A stretch of DNA of 62,079 nucleotides, filler included. It is 3 parts of 3 records of this genome, joined end to end, with 100 filler letters (N's around TTAATTAATTAA, not from the genome) between each part and the next. Parts side by side here need not be neighbours in the genome. Positions count along the whole stretch, not along the records: positions 1 to 24,480 come from DRR723986_845; 2 more parts are not named here. One strand, 5' to 3'. Shown piece by piece: positions 1 through 10,450 of the stretch (within the stretch, counting starts at the first letter, position 1; every line of letters begins with the position of its first letter). The translations under genes were made by a program, and so were the position numbers. The notes under the pieces are model-generated. The model worked only from the letters and a program-made list of their open reading frames with translations. It made no database searches and was not told where the DNA came from.

Positions 1-71
1 TGATCTAGCTCTGCCATCGCCTCTTCAAAAGATAACTTATCTACGGCATCAGCCCCGCCCGCTTCGCTCAT
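1..71 (-). CDS. xseB: Exodeoxyribonuclease VII small subunit, N-terminal part (runs off the window edge)
   Basis: Manual translation of the minus strand from ATG at 71 gives MSEAGGADAVDKLSFEEAMAELD; SFEEAMAEL is the XseB N-terminal motif. Confidence 0.8.
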   Translation of the reverse strand, partial: MSEAGGADAVDKLSFEEAMAELD

Positions 72-159
72 ATTCTATCCTGACACAGCCTTCAAAATAT
101 AATTACGTAATTAACTTTATAAGATGCGAAACATCAGGACGCAAAGACTAAGTGCTATC

Positions 160-1350
160 TCATGAGAAGAAATCTTCAATATCTCTCAACATAATACCCG
201 GCTGCGCGTTCACCGCCTTAAGCACATCTTTTTGTTGAAAAGTACCGCATGATTTAAAACTGTATACTTCACCGTCAAATGAGCGCTCAACAAGTGCCAT
301 AGACTCAAGTAAATGCAAATGAGCCACCGCTTCGCCCAGTGCTAGATAAAAGTCCATACCTTCAATTTTTCGCCGGTAAAGCGCGCGGAAGGTTTTCACG
401 ACAGTGCGAGGCTCCAAACACCAATCATGCAATTTTGCGAGTTTTTCCAGGTGGCCATTAATCAAGGCATCAAGCCGCGCATGCAGACCAAAAAACGCCC
501 GCCCATGTGATGGCAAAACCAGCGGATTACCTGGCAGGGCCTTCATTCGATTAAGGCTAGAAAGCCAGTGTGCAAGCGGATTGCCCATTGGTTCACGTGC
601 ATAAACCGAAACATTAGAGGTTATTGCAGGTAGAACTTGGTCCCCGCCAATGAATAGAGGTTCATCAAGACAATAAAGGCAGGCGTGTTCCGGTGAATGA
701 CCGCGACCAATAACAACGCGCCATTTGCGGCCACCAAGGTCAAACTCCGACCCATCTTCAAGGCGCAAGTAGCTAGGCGGCAAAGCGTATACGCCTTTTT
801 TGTAGTTACCGTATCCAGCAGCCCTGATCATAGGTTCAAATGAACGATCAACGCCTGAACGAAAAAGATACGTCAGCTCATTTTCGGGAAACTCTGCGCC
901 CGCACTGTGCCATAAAGTACTGGCAAGCATATATTCGGTCTGAGTTGTCCAAAAATCCGCCTGGTGGCGTTCAACCAACCACCCCGCCAAACCTAAATGG
1001 TCCGGGTGCATATGCGTTGCAATAACGCGTTTTATTGGCTTACCAGCCAACGCGGTATCTTCAAAAGCAATCCAGGCGTCTATGCCCGTTTTACCGTTAG
1101 CGCCCGTGTCAATAACGGTCCAGCCTTCGCCTTCGTCGAACAAGTAAACATTGATATGGTCTAGCGACCAAGGCAGAGGAATTCGCGCCCAGAATATATC
1201 CTCGGCCACTTTAATTACATTCACACCGTCCGGCACTGCTTCACCGTATGGGTATGTTAGGCCATCATCGCTAGGTGATGCTGAACTCAGTCGATGGTCC
1301 ATTGTTAGACTATCAACAATTTTAACTTCATTTACTTTTGGTGCACCCAC
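160..1350 (-). CDS. MBL-fold metallo-hydrolase
   Basis: THMHPDHLG (HxHxDH), GHSPEH and PSHG motifs; follows an acyl-CoA dehydrogenase in the same orientation. Confidence 0.88.
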   Translation of the reverse strand: MGAPKVNEVKIVDSLTMDHRLSSASPSDDGLTYPYGEAVPDGVNVIKVAEDIFWARIPLPWSLDHINVYLFDEGEGWTVIDTGANGKTGIDAWIAFEDTALAGKPIKRVIATHMHPDHLGLAGWLVERHQADFWTTQTEYMLASTLWHSAGAEFPENELTYLFRSGVDRSFEPMIRAAGYGNYKKGVYALPPSYLRLEDGSEFDLGGRKWRVVIGRGHSPEHACLYCLDEPLFIGGDQVLPAITSNVSVYAREPMGNPLAHWLSSLNRMKALPGNPLVLPSHGRAFFGLHARLDALINGHLEKLAKLHDWCLEPRTVVKTFRALYRRKIEGMDFYLALGEAVAHLHLLESMALVERSFDGEVYSFKSCGTFQQKDVLKAVNAQPGIMLRDIEDFFS

Positions 1351-1352
1351 AA

Positions 1353-3146
1353 CTAGGCCCTCTCAAAATCAGCTGTTTCCATTGCTGTTAGACTACCCGC
1401 CCCGGCTTTAACCGGCCCAACCAAAGCGGTTGCGGAAGGCAAAATTTGCTCAATGTAAAATTGTGCAATGGCAATTTTACTTTTCAGGAACGATGGATTT
1501 CCTTCATTTGATGCCAAACGCCGTTCGGCTTCAACAGCTTGTTGTGCTAGTAGGTGCGCCCCCAATACAGTACCAAACAACCGCAAATACGGTGTGGCAG
1601 CACCGGCTGTGTCAACAATCCGCTCAAAACCATTCGCAAATAAAGTACTGGCCGCATCTTCAAGCGCATCAATACCTTCTTCGAGAACAGGCTTGGCTGG
1701 TTGCATTGAACGATCAAGGCCGGAAGCAAACCCGCGCATTTCTGCAATCAAGGCACGCCAATGCGCGCCACCATCTGCATTGAGTTTGCGGCCCGCCAAA
1801 TCAAGCGCCTGTATGCCGTTTGTGCCTTCATAAATTGGGGCGATACGTGCATCACGGTAATATTGCGCCACGCCGGTTTCTTCAACAAACCCCATACCAC
1901 CATGAACCTGAACCGCCAGAGAGGCAGCTTCGACACCAATATCTGTCGCATAGGCTTTGGAAATGGGCGTCAAAAGATCAGCCTCGCCCAAGGCTTGCTT
2001 GCGTTCAGCGGAATCAGATGTAGTGTGCGCCCGATCAATTGCCCAGATATTTCGGTAGACAATTGCGCGCGATGCCTCCGCCGTTGCCCGCATAGTCAAA
2101 AGCATCCGCCTCACATCTGGATGGTTGATTATTGTAACCGATTCCGGCGTTTTTGCTCCAATCGCTGCTGACTGAACCCGGTCTTTAGCAAAGGCAACCG
2201 AATGCTGGTAAGCGCGCTCCGCAAGTGCTACGCCCTGCAGCCCAACGCCGATACGCGCGTGGTTCATCATTGTGAACATATTGCGCATACCAAAGTTTTC
2301 TTCCCCAACCAGATAGCCGACACAGCCATTATTTTCGCCGAAAGCCATGGTGCAGGTTGGGCTACCATGAATACCTAGTTTATGTTCAGTGCTAACACAG
2401 GTCACATCGTTGCGCTCGCCGAGGCTACCGTCTTCATTGACCAAATATTTAGGTACAATAAACATTGATATGCCCTTTGTACCTGCCGGAGAACCCGGCA
2501 AACGTGCCAACACCAAATGAATGATGTTTTCGCACAAATCGTGCTCACCCCAGGTTATGTATATTTTCTGGCCTGAAATTCTGTATGTGCCGTCTGGCTG
2601 TTTTTCTGCTTTTGCTCGCAGGGCCCCCACATCAGAACCAGCGCTTGGCTCAGTAAGGTTCATCGCACCCGACCATTCGCCCGAAATCATTTTAGGCAGA
2701 TAGGTCATACGCAATTGTTCACTACCGTGCGCATTAATGGCCTGAATGGCGCCGCTGGTAAGCAAAGGAAGCAGGCTATATGCCATATTGGCTGAGGTAA
2801 CCATTTCGGTAACGGCTATCTCCAGGGTTGCCGGAAGTCCCTGCCCGCCAAGGTTAGGGTCAGCAGCCAGTGTCGACCAACCGCCTTCAACAAATTGTTG
2901 GTGCATCGGTTTAAACGCATCTGGCGTTTTTACCTTGCCGTCTTTGGCGACTGAGCCTTGCTCGTCACCAATTTGATTGGTCGGCGCAATGACGTCATTG
3001 GCAAGTTTCGCTGCTTCTTCAAGAACGGCTTGCACAAGGTCTTCCCCGGCTTCTTCAAAACCCGATATGGCAGACCAGTCTCGCATTTTGGCGATTGTTT
3101 CCAAGGTGAAACTAATTTCCTCTAGCGGCGCGCGGTAATAACTCAT
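1353..3146 (-). CDS. Acyl-CoA dehydrogenase (long, DmdC/FadE5-like with C-terminal extension)
   Basis: MNLTEPSAGSD, GQKIYITWGEHD, EHKLGIHGSPT and IYEGTNGIQALD motifs; likely start MSYYRAP at 3146. Confidence 0.92.
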   Translation of the reverse strand: MSYYRAPLEEISFTLETIAKMRDWSAISGFEEAGEDLVQAVLEEAAKLANDVIAPTNQIGDEQGSVAKDGKVKTPDAFKPMHQQFVEGGWSTLAADPNLGGQGLPATLEIAVTEMVTSANMAYSLLPLLTSGAIQAINAHGSEQLRMTYLPKMISGEWSGAMNLTEPSAGSDVGALRAKAEKQPDGTYRISGQKIYITWGEHDLCENIIHLVLARLPGSPAGTKGISMFIVPKYLVNEDGSLGERNDVTCVSTEHKLGIHGSPTCTMAFGENNGCVGYLVGEENFGMRNMFTMMNHARIGVGLQGVALAERAYQHSVAFAKDRVQSAAIGAKTPESVTIINHPDVRRMLLTMRATAEASRAIVYRNIWAIDRAHTTSDSAERKQALGEADLLTPISKAYATDIGVEAASLAVQVHGGMGFVEETGVAQYYRDARIAPIYEGTNGIQALDLAGRKLNADGGAHWRALIAEMRGFASGLDRSMQPAKPVLEEGIDALEDAASTLFANGFERIVDTAGAATPYLRLFGTVLGAHLLAQQAVEAERRLASNEGNPSFLKSKIAIAQFYIEQILPSATALVGPVKAGAGSLTAMETADFERA

Positions 3147-3275
3147 TCGTAAAACTTCCAATTTATTTGGCTTTAACAAGCCCTAACGCTATCAAACCAT
3201 TCCTTTTCTCAACGGCTATGTATATAAACTGATTGAGATATAACAATGATATAAACCAATCTGGCTTGTTTAATA

Positions 3276-4256
3276 ATGCCCAAAAAAACATCAATGGTTT
3301 CTGCCTCACAAGATGGAGCGATTGCGCTTGCTGTCGAGAAATTATTATTGGGCGAGGTAATCGGCTTACCAACCGAAACAGTATATGGTTTGGCCGCCGA
3401 CGCGCTTAACGAACACGCCGTGAATAACATATACACAATAAAAGGTCGCCCCAGCTTTAACCCCTTGATTTGCCACGTTACCGGGTGCCAAATGGCCGCA
3501 CGGTATGTTGAGGTGTCACCAACCGCAGAAAAACTAATGGCACGGTTTTGGCCGGGGCCGCTAACCATTGTTTGCCCTATAAAACCGAACTCACAAATTT
3601 CAGCGCCTGTGTCAGCCGGCTTGGACACACTTGCTGTGCGCTGCCCCGCACACGATGTAACCCGCGCAATAATTGAAGCGCTCGACCACCCCATCGCCGC
3701 GCCAAGCGCTAATCCTTCGGGGAGATTATCACCCACGACAGCCGATAGCGTTGTAAACGGGCTTGATGGTAAAATTCCATTAGTCATTGATGGCGGCCAA
3801 ACGCGGGTTGGTATCGAATCCACAATTATCTCAGTAATCGACGATAAAATTACATTGCTGCGTCCCGGGTCGATAACTGCTGATGTTATAAGTAAGGCGG
3901 CAGGTTTGCCTGTTTATGATCGAGACACAATGCTCATTACAGCACCTGGTCAATTAGCAAGCCATTATGCACCGAATGCAGCTGTTGTGCTGAATTGTAA
4001 CAAACCCGACAAAGGCACATTCATTGGCTTTGCAGACATTGAAAGGGAAAAAGACCTGAATTTGAGCCCAAGCGGTGACCTTGCAGAGGCGGCCCATAAC
4101 CTTTTTGAATTTCTTCGAAAAGCCGACGCCCGTTCTACTGGTTCGATCTTTGTTGCGCCCATACCAAACACCGGTGTTGGCATTGCCATAAATGACAGGC
4201 TGGAAAGGTCCGCAGCCCCAAGAAATGATGAAGCGGAAAGCACCCAGAATGATTGA
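3276..4256 (+). CDS. sua5: L-threonylcarbamoyladenylate synthase (Sua5 type)
   Basis: PTETVYGL, KGRPSFNPLI, APSANPSG and the Sua5 C-terminal linker APGQLASHYAP. Confidence 0.93.
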   Translation: MPKKTSMVSASQDGAIALAVEKLLLGEVIGLPTETVYGLAADALNEHAVNNIYTIKGRPSFNPLICHVTGCQMAARYVEVSPTAEKLMARFWPGPLTIVCPIKPNSQISAPVSAGLDTLAVRCPAHDVTRAIIEALDHPIAAPSANPSGRLSPTTADSVVNGLDGKIPLVIDGGQTRVGIESTIISVIDDKITLLRPGSITADVISKAAGLPVYDRDTMLITAPGQLASHYAPNAAVVLNCNKPDKGTFIGFADIEREKDLNLSPSGDLAEAAHNLFEFLRKADARSTGSIFVAPIPNTGVGIAINDRLERSAAPRNDEAESTQND

Positions 4257-5667
4257 CGCCCAACACATTGCTGCCTTGAGCGAATTGGTTGACCCGAAGG
4301 GCGTAATAACAGAGCCTGAAGACCTACAGCCCTTCGTTACCGAATGGCGCGATAAATTTGTTGGCCATACACCGTTAATGCTCGCGCCGAAAAGTACACA
4401 GGAAGCCGCTTCAATCATCCGCTACTGTAGTACCCATAAAATACCGCTAGTCCCACAAGGCGGTAACACTGGCCTAGTGGGGGGCGGTATACCGGGGCTT
4501 GAAAACGCGCATGAAATTCTGCTGAGCACCCGCAGAATGAACGGAGAGCCGGAAGTAAACCCTGTGGACTTCACGCTGGTTGCTGAGGCTGGCTGCACAG
4601 TATCTGCAATGCAGGAAGCGGCGGCCAGGCAGCAACGGCTGTTCGGTTTGGCCCTTGCGTCTGAAGGAAGTTGCACTGCCGGTGGCATTGCCGCCACGAA
4701 TGCAGGCGGTGTTCACGTAATACGTTACGGCACAACGCGGTCCATGATTATTGGTGTTGAAGCTGTTTTATCTGACGGCACGATTATTGACGAGCTATCT
4801 GGCCTTCGCAAAAACAACACGGGCTACCCTCTTTCGCAATTGTTAATTGGGGCGGAAGGAACGCTGGGTTTCATCACAAAAGTCTGTTTCAAGTTATTTC
4901 CACAAGAACTATCGCGCGCAACAGCTTGGCTTGCTGTCGCTACACCAGACGCTGCATTAAAGCTGTTAAGCAGAGCCAGAGAGATTAGCGAAGACCAAGT
5001 TAGTGTTTTTGAACTAATGAACAGGTCTGCGCTTGAATTTAGCTATAGGCATATTCCCGGCACCCGCGACCCCCTTGCTGATATCAGTCCATGGTATGTG
5101 CTTTTAGAAACGGCATCTAGCGCCAAAAACAGTGCTGTTGATGACCGTATGCAAACATTGCTTGAAGACAGCCTTGAGGATGGCCTTATTACCGACGGCG
5201 CTGTTGCGCAATCGCTTGATCAGCGCGCGCTATTTTGGCGTAACCGCGAAAGCATTTCAGAAGCCCAAAAGCTTGAAGGCGGCAGTATCAAACATGATGT
5301 ATCCGTACCACTCGGCAAAATTGCTGCTTTTATAACCTCAACCACTGATGCACTGGTGCAAACATTCCCCGGCGTGCGCGTAACACCGTTTGGTCATTTA
5401 GGAGACGGCAATCTGCATTTTAACGTTATGCAGCCTGAAAACGGCGATAAAAACGCGTTTCTTGACCAATGGGAGGCCATGAATAAGCTCGTGCATGACC
5501 ATGTAATTACCTTTGGTGGTTCTATTTCAGCCGAACACGGCATTGGCGTGCTTAAAAAGGCCGAACTGCTACGAACCAAACCACCTGCTGAAATTTCAGC
5601 GATGAAAGCCATCAAAAACGCGTTTGACCCTCATAATATTATGAATCCGCGTTGCCTTTTTGACTAA
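4249..5667 (+). CDS. FAD-linked oxidase (D-2-hydroxyacid dehydrogenase, GlcD/D2HGDH family)
   Basis: PQGGNTGLVGG, ATNAGG, FGHLGDGNLH and SAEHGIG motifs; start at 4249 overlaps the sua5 stop. Confidence 0.9.
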   Translation: MIDAQHIAALSELVDPKGVITEPEDLQPFVTEWRDKFVGHTPLMLAPKSTQEAASIIRYCSTHKIPLVPQGGNTGLVGGGIPGLENAHEILLSTRRMNGEPEVNPVDFTLVAEAGCTVSAMQEAAARQQRLFGLALASEGSCTAGGIAATNAGGVHVIRYGTTRSMIIGVEAVLSDGTIIDELSGLRKNNTGYPLSQLLIGAEGTLGFITKVCFKLFPQELSRATAWLAVATPDAALKLLSRAREISEDQVSVFELMNRSALEFSYRHIPGTRDPLADISPWYVLLETASSAKNSAVDDRMQTLLEDSLEDGLITDGAVAQSLDQRALFWRNRESISEAQKLEGGSIKHDVSVPLGKIAAFITSTTDALVQTFPGVRVTPFGHLGDGNLHFNVMQPENGDKNAFLDQWEAMNKLVHDHVITFGGSISAEHGIGVLKKAELLRTKPPAEISAMKAIKNAFDPHNIMNPRCLFD

Positions 5668-5719
5668 ACCGTCCAGTGATTGAAGTAGAAGCTGTTCAAG
5701 ATGTGATGGAACCAATGGG

Positions 5720-6301
5720 TTACTTGGGTTGGCCCAGGCCCCTCTTTCCAGCGTAGTAAAGTTTAATTTTTTCAATGTCGGCATTTCTATCGTTAGTTGG
5801 GTAGAAAACTTCCCCGAAACCCAATTCACGCTTGTCTGCATCCAGATATGCCAGAACGATCGGCACATTTGCATCGAAAGCAATGCGATGAAATCCTGAT
5901 TTCCATTTCGTGACCTTGGAACGCGTACCTTCCGGCGCAATAGCCAAAATCAGTTCACTTTCGGTTTTAAACAGGTCTACAGCCACATCGACCAAAGCCG
6001 CAGCGTTCCTCGTGTCCCTTACAACGGGAATACCACCTAACCAGTAAAACAACTTGCCCGAAAATCCCTTAAATAAGGTGTCTTTTGCCAAATAGCGAAC
6101 GCGAATACCGCAATATCCAACCAAAGCCATAAAGATGGGAAAGTCCCAATTACTAGTGTGCGGCGCAGCGATAACAACATATTTACCTATGTCTGGTGGC
6201 GGTCCAACCACGCGCCAACCAATAAGCTTCAGGTAAAGGCGACCAAGGAAGTTCAATACGGGCCGAAAAATAGAACTGTCATAAATTAAAGCGCGCATCA
6301 T
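5720..6301 (-). CDS. PlsC-like lysophospholipid acyltransferase
   Basis: HTSNWD (HxxxxD) and PEGTRS motifs. Confidence 0.88.
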   Translation of the reverse strand: MMRALIYDSSIFRPVLNFLGRLYLKLIGWRVVGPPPDIGKYVVIAAPHTSNWDFPIFMALVGYCGIRVRYLAKDTLFKGFSGKLFYWLGGIPVVRDTRNAAALVDVAVDLFKTESELILAIAPEGTRSKVTKWKSGFHRIAFDANVPIVLAYLDADKRELGFGEVFYPTNDRNADIEKIKLYYAGKRGLGQPK

Positions 6302-6352
6302 ACCCCCGGAACCAGTCTACTATATGTTGCACTGGTTAATTGAAGGTACTTA

Positions 6353-6479
6353 GAAAGTAAAAATGACGGACAAGCAATGCTCATCCGTCATTTATTTTAC
6401 CATTTCCCGCTCAGGCAAAACAGGAAGGTGGTTTTTAGCTCATGTTCAAGGTGCCTCAGGCAAAAGCATTCTTGAACAG
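6353..6479 (-). ncRNA. Candidate sigma54-dependent small RNA: two hairpins with identical UUUUGCCUGAG loops plus an intrinsic terminator
   Basis: Intergenic. The 11-mer CTCAGGCAAAA (plus strand) occurs at 6410-6420 and 6455-6465, each inside a stem. The hairpin at 6361-6393 pairs fully (with G.U) only on the minus strand and is followed by UUUUUACUUU. A sigma54 motif lies about 12 nt upstream of the first stem. Confidence 0.7.
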
Positions 6480-6489
6480 TGTAAGAGTA

Positions 6490-6504
6490 GCAAAGGCGAT
6501 GCCA
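6490..6504 (-). promoter_or_regulatory. sigma54 (-24/-12) promoter
   Basis: Minus strand reads TGGCATCGCCTTTGC, with GG and GC separated by the canonical 10 nt; predicted +1 is about 6478. Confidence 0.7.
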
Positions 6505-6627
6505 ATAACTTTATATAGCATTTTCAAATGGTTATAAATTTATACAGGTAAATGTTTCAAAAAGACACAGAATATGTGTGCCTTATTGATACAAGTCTTT
6601 AATTGATACAGTGACTTACGAATAGCT

Positions 6628-7590
6628 TCAGAACACCAAACGCTCATAAGATATCAGTAACACGCCAATGACAGGTTTTGAAAAACCGATGTTATCGAGC
6701 AAGCGCGCCAATATTTTCTTGTCGCGTTTTACGATCAACTCCTGAATTTTCTCATAAGGTTGTTTCAGCATAACCGCCAATGATGCTGTAAATAACCGGA
6801 GGTTATTGTTCTGCAAATACGTCAGCAGTACATCTGAGCCCAAACTTTGACGCGCATGCAGCTGCGATAAATAATTGTGAATTTCAGGTTGAGGTGACAC
6901 CTCAAGCGTACGAGAAAACACTTGGCGATTAGCCAGTGAAACCAGATAGGAAGAATAGTCATGCGATATACCGAACTTGCTAATCAGCAATTCGCCGTAT
7001 TGCTTGGATATTTTGAAAACTAACTTTTCAATCATTTCCACGGGCAAGTCCGCCCTGAAAGCCAACGCTTCCATCAGACTAGTGTCTTCCGGGAACCTAT
7101 CAATCACTCTGCCAAAACTACGTTCGGACATTTTTGCCGTTTCGTTTGCGGAAAGTGCTTTAACTGCTTCAGGGGTGCCAACATCTGAAATAGCGAAACT
7201 TACTGCCTCACATAGCCCTTTACGCATGGCAATGCCTTCTTGGTGCCCCCCACTGCAGCTACGCACAATATCTTCAAGAAACTCATCGTCCATAGCCTTT
7301 GAAGCTACCAAAAAAGGGACTGAGACCTGTGCAATGTCTTTCGCGACAATCAACACCAGATCTTTGGGCAGGAAAATGCAGGAACTAAGTTCTTTTGCAA
7401 GCACCTTCCGAACACTGGCAGCCACATCTTCTGCCAAGACTTTTGCCAATTCATATGCAGCCTGACGCTCTGTAGTGTCATCAGAAGACGACAGAATCCG
7501 CGCCGCTTTTCGCGCAACATCTGCACGTGCGTCAAGTTCAAGGCCAGTTACATCTTGTACTTCTGTCACTCCGAAAACTCTTCTTTCCAA
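6628..7590 (-). CDS. DUF2336 domain-containing protein
   Basis: Helical alphaproteobacterial pattern (LAEDVAASVR..LA.EL, DIAQVSVPFL.AS, ALSANETA, LAFRADLP). Confidence 0.75.
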   Translation of the reverse strand: MERRVFGVTEVQDVTGLELDARADVARKAARILSSSDDTTERQAAYELAKVLAEDVAASVRKVLAKELSSCIFLPKDLVLIVAKDIAQVSVPFLVASKAMDDEFLEDIVRSCSGGHQEGIAMRKGLCEAVSFAISDVGTPEAVKALSANETAKMSERSFGRVIDRFPEDTSLMEALAFRADLPVEMIEKLVFKISKQYGELLISKFGISHDYSSYLVSLANRQVFSRTLEVSPQPEIHNYLSQLHARQSLGSDVLLTYLQNNNLRLFTASLAVMLKQPYEKIQELIVKRDKKILARLLDNIGFSKPVIGVLLISYERLVF

Positions 7591-7739
7591 TTCACGGCCT
7601 TGTATAACGGCGCAAAGCTTGAATTAATTTCAAAACAAACAGTTGCGATGAGATTAATCCATAATCTTTAACAAATTCTTGTGATAGATTATTAGTGTGC
7701 CAAGACAGTGCCTTCGGGTGTTAAGCAAAGGAATCGTCA

Positions 7740-9722
7740 TTGCCATTCAAACCTGAACCACCAAAAATCTCATGGCGAGGGACTGTGCCGCTATCCACTC
7801 AATTTGACGATTTATATTATTCAGATAGCGACGGTGAGGCAGAGAGCATATTTGTTTTTCTTGATAGCGCTCAGGTCATTAAAAATGCCGAAAAGAAAAC
7901 CAACTTTGTCATCGGCGAAACAGGTTTTGGAACAGGATTGAACTTTCTAACCACTTGGCGCGCATGGCAGAAGAAAAAAACCAAAAGCCGCCTAACCTTT
8001 ATATCCGCAGAAGCCTTTCCTATGCAGGCAGCGGATATGGAAAAAGCCCATCAAGCGTTTCCAAGCCTGCAGCCCTTTTCAAAACAACTGTTATCAGTTT
8101 GGCCGCCGGCAGCATCAGGTACACACATACGCAATTTCGACAACGGGAATGTCTCCCTAATGCTGCTATTCGGCGATGCATATGAGGCGTTTCAGCAATT
8201 ACATGCAAAAATAGACGCATGGTATTTGGACGGGTTCGCGCCAGCAAAAAACCCAGCCATGTGGACAGATAGCTTGTTTAAAAGAATGGCTGACTTATCC
8301 AATAATGAAGCAACGCTTGCCACTTTTACCGCGGCTGGTTTAGTAAGGCGCGGGCTTGAAGCGCACGGTTTTGAAATGACAAAACATCCCGGATACGGGT
8401 TAAAACGAGAACGCATGGTTGGCATCTTTCGGCAGGGTGAAGATGGAAAGAGTAAAAATCAAAGCGTTTCCGGCGGCCAGCACGAAAAACCAATCGAATG
8501 GGCCGCCATACCAAAAGCAAATACAGAAAAAATTGCCATTGTCGGCGACGGCGTTGCAGGCGCCAGTGTTGCTTATGCACTCGCTAAACGCGGTTTATCA
8601 CCTGTTTTGGTCGCGCCAAGCTCTGATGAATTGAAAGCATCCAAATTGCCCGCTGCCATACTGGCGCCGCAATTAATGCTTGAAGACACAATCGAAAAGT
8701 CGTTCTTCTATGCTGCTTTTTCCTATGCTGTTTGTCACCCTGCATACATTAATGCCTTCAGCCCTACGCGCGGTACCAAATATGTACCAACGACACCTTT
8801 AGAAGGTAAAAAATATAAAGATATTTTGCGGTCATTCAATTGGAACATTGATTGGCTTAATGGCATTAACAATGGGCTCGTGTTACCAAAAGGCGGAACC
8901 ATTGACCCCAAAAAAATACTTGGAAAACTTAGTCACAACATTAAACGGGCCCACAATACTTTAGCCAAATTGGAACGATGCTCTAACGGTTGGCGCTTAC
9001 TTGATGATAAGGGCAGTATAATCATGGAAGCGCCTACCGTTGTTATTGCAACCGGCGCCCACACTGCAAACCTGCTAAAAACCTCTGGCCTTGCTGGTGA
9101 TACAAACACCAATAGGCACCCGACTATACGCCTAAGGCTTGGGCAATTAGAGTGTGTTCAGGCTGATGCTATTTCAAACGTAGATGATTATACATACACT
9201 TATGGTGGCTATATATCATCTTCACTATCCAATAATGATGGTGGAGAAATGCGTACCATTGGGTCGACATTTGAAAAGATATCCAATCTGCCCCAATCGC
9301 CCATAAAACCAAGTGATCAGGCTCAGAAAGCCAACCTCGAGACCTGTAAAATGCATACCGATGCTCGCATTGAAACAACAGCAGATATTACGTCTTGGGT
9401 GGGTATTCGCGCGACAACACCAGATCATATGCCCTATGCAGGCCCAATACCGGATTGGGTTGATGTACAAAAAGCCTGTAGCAGCATGGCCATTGATCGT
9501 AATTTGCCGCTTATGCGAACACCCAATATGGAGGCCGGTCTTTATTGTCTGGCCGGGCTTGGATCAAAAGGCTTTCAATATGGACCACTACTCGGCGAAT
9601 ATATTGCAGCAATAATTTGCGACGAACCAAGCCCCTTGCCTACCGCACTTCATGCAAAACTACACCCTGCAAGGGGCTTTATCAAAGACATCATTCGCGG
9701 CAACGAAACAGCCAGCCAATAA
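7740..9722 (+). CDS. mnmC: Bifunctional tRNA mnm5s2U biosynthesis protein MnmC
   Basis: FDDLYYS, ETGFGTGLNFL and WYLDGFAPAKNP methyltransferase motifs plus a C-terminal FAD oxidoreductase (GDGVAG, RATTPDHMP, GLGSKG). Confidence 0.93.
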   Translation: MPFKPEPPKISWRGTVPLSTQFDDLYYSDSDGEAESIFVFLDSAQVIKNAEKKTNFVIGETGFGTGLNFLTTWRAWQKKKTKSRLTFISAEAFPMQAADMEKAHQAFPSLQPFSKQLLSVWPPAASGTHIRNFDNGNVSLMLLFGDAYEAFQQLHAKIDAWYLDGFAPAKNPAMWTDSLFKRMADLSNNEATLATFTAAGLVRRGLEAHGFEMTKHPGYGLKRERMVGIFRQGEDGKSKNQSVSGGQHEKPIEWAAIPKANTEKIAIVGDGVAGASVAYALAKRGLSPVLVAPSSDELKASKLPAAILAPQLMLEDTIEKSFFYAAFSYAVCHPAYINAFSPTRGTKYVPTTPLEGKKYKDILRSFNWNIDWLNGINNGLVLPKGGTIDPKKILGKLSHNIKRAHNTLAKLERCSNGWRLLDDKGSIIMEAPTVVIATGAHTANLLKTSGLAGDTNTNRHPTIRLRLGQLECVQADAISNVDDYTYTYGGYISSSLSNNDGGEMRTIGSTFEKISNLPQSPIKPSDQAQKANLETCKMHTDARIETTADITSWVGIRATTPDHMPYAGPIPDWVDVQKACSSMAIDRNLPLMRTPNMEAGLYCLAGLGSKGFQYGPLLGEYIAAIICDEPSPLPTALHAKLHPARGFIKDIIRGNETASQ

Positions 9723-9723
9723 G

Positions 9724-9764
9724 ATAAGAGCCGCGCTTGGGGAGAAGCGCAGCTCTTATTTTTT
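9724..9764. terminator. Intrinsic terminator between convergent mnmC and the TPR gene
   Basis: ATAAGAGCCGCGCTT-loop-AAGCGCAGCTCTTAT followed by a T run. Confidence 0.7.
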
Positions 9765-9798
9765 GCCATCTGTTAGATAGCAGTTCTTACTTAAAATA

Positions 9799-10278
9799 TT
9801 ACTGAGACACCTCAGCCAACAGAGTTTGTTTTGGCTTTTCAAGGCTCGCCAATGCTTCCTGAGCCAAGCGGCTATTTGGCTTCAACTTAACAGCTTTTTC
9901 AAAATCAGCACGCGCAGCATCCAATTTGCCCAAAGCCACACGAACATTGCCGCGGTTAACATAAGCACGCCAGTAGCGACGGTCTTCACCAATTGCCGCA
10001 GAGCATACCTTTTCGGCGTTTTCCAAGTTGTTGATGGCATATTCAACAGCGCAGTAATTGTTAAGCGCTGGGATGAGCCGCTCTGAGCCTAAGTTGGCTT
10101 TGACAGCGCGCTTAAAATTCAAAGATGCGGCCTCAAGGTCTCCTGCCATCATGGCACTATTCGCCCGAGCCAAATTGGTATTTTCATGGCCGTAAATCAC
10201 TTGCGCCTGGCCGGCGGCTGAAACCGTGAATATCACGCTGGCAGCAACCGCAATATTTTTTACAAAATGTAACATCAT
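9799..10278 (-). CDS. Exported tetratricopeptide-repeat protein
   Basis: Signal peptide (..AAGQA); TPR pattern AYVNRGNVRVALGKLDAARADFEKAVKLKP. Confidence 0.8.
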   Translation of the reverse strand: MMLHFVKNIAVAASVIFTVSAAGQAQVIYGHENTNLARANSAMMAGDLEAASLNFKRAVKANLGSERLIPALNNYCAVEYAINNLENAEKVCSAAIGEDRRYWRAYVNRGNVRVALGKLDAARADFEKAVKLKPNSRLAQEALASLEKPKQTLLAEVSQ

Positions 10279-10450
10279 TAAGCTCCTCGCATGGAACGGA
10301 AAGTCACGATGGCTTTCCTTAATTCTACGACACCGACAAAAGTTGTGGTGGCGATGAATTGAATGTGGTGCAACATTTTCATATGGTAATTGTGAATTAT
10401 TGCATCTATATTATACAAATATGAATACATGAAGATACGAAGGATGTAGC

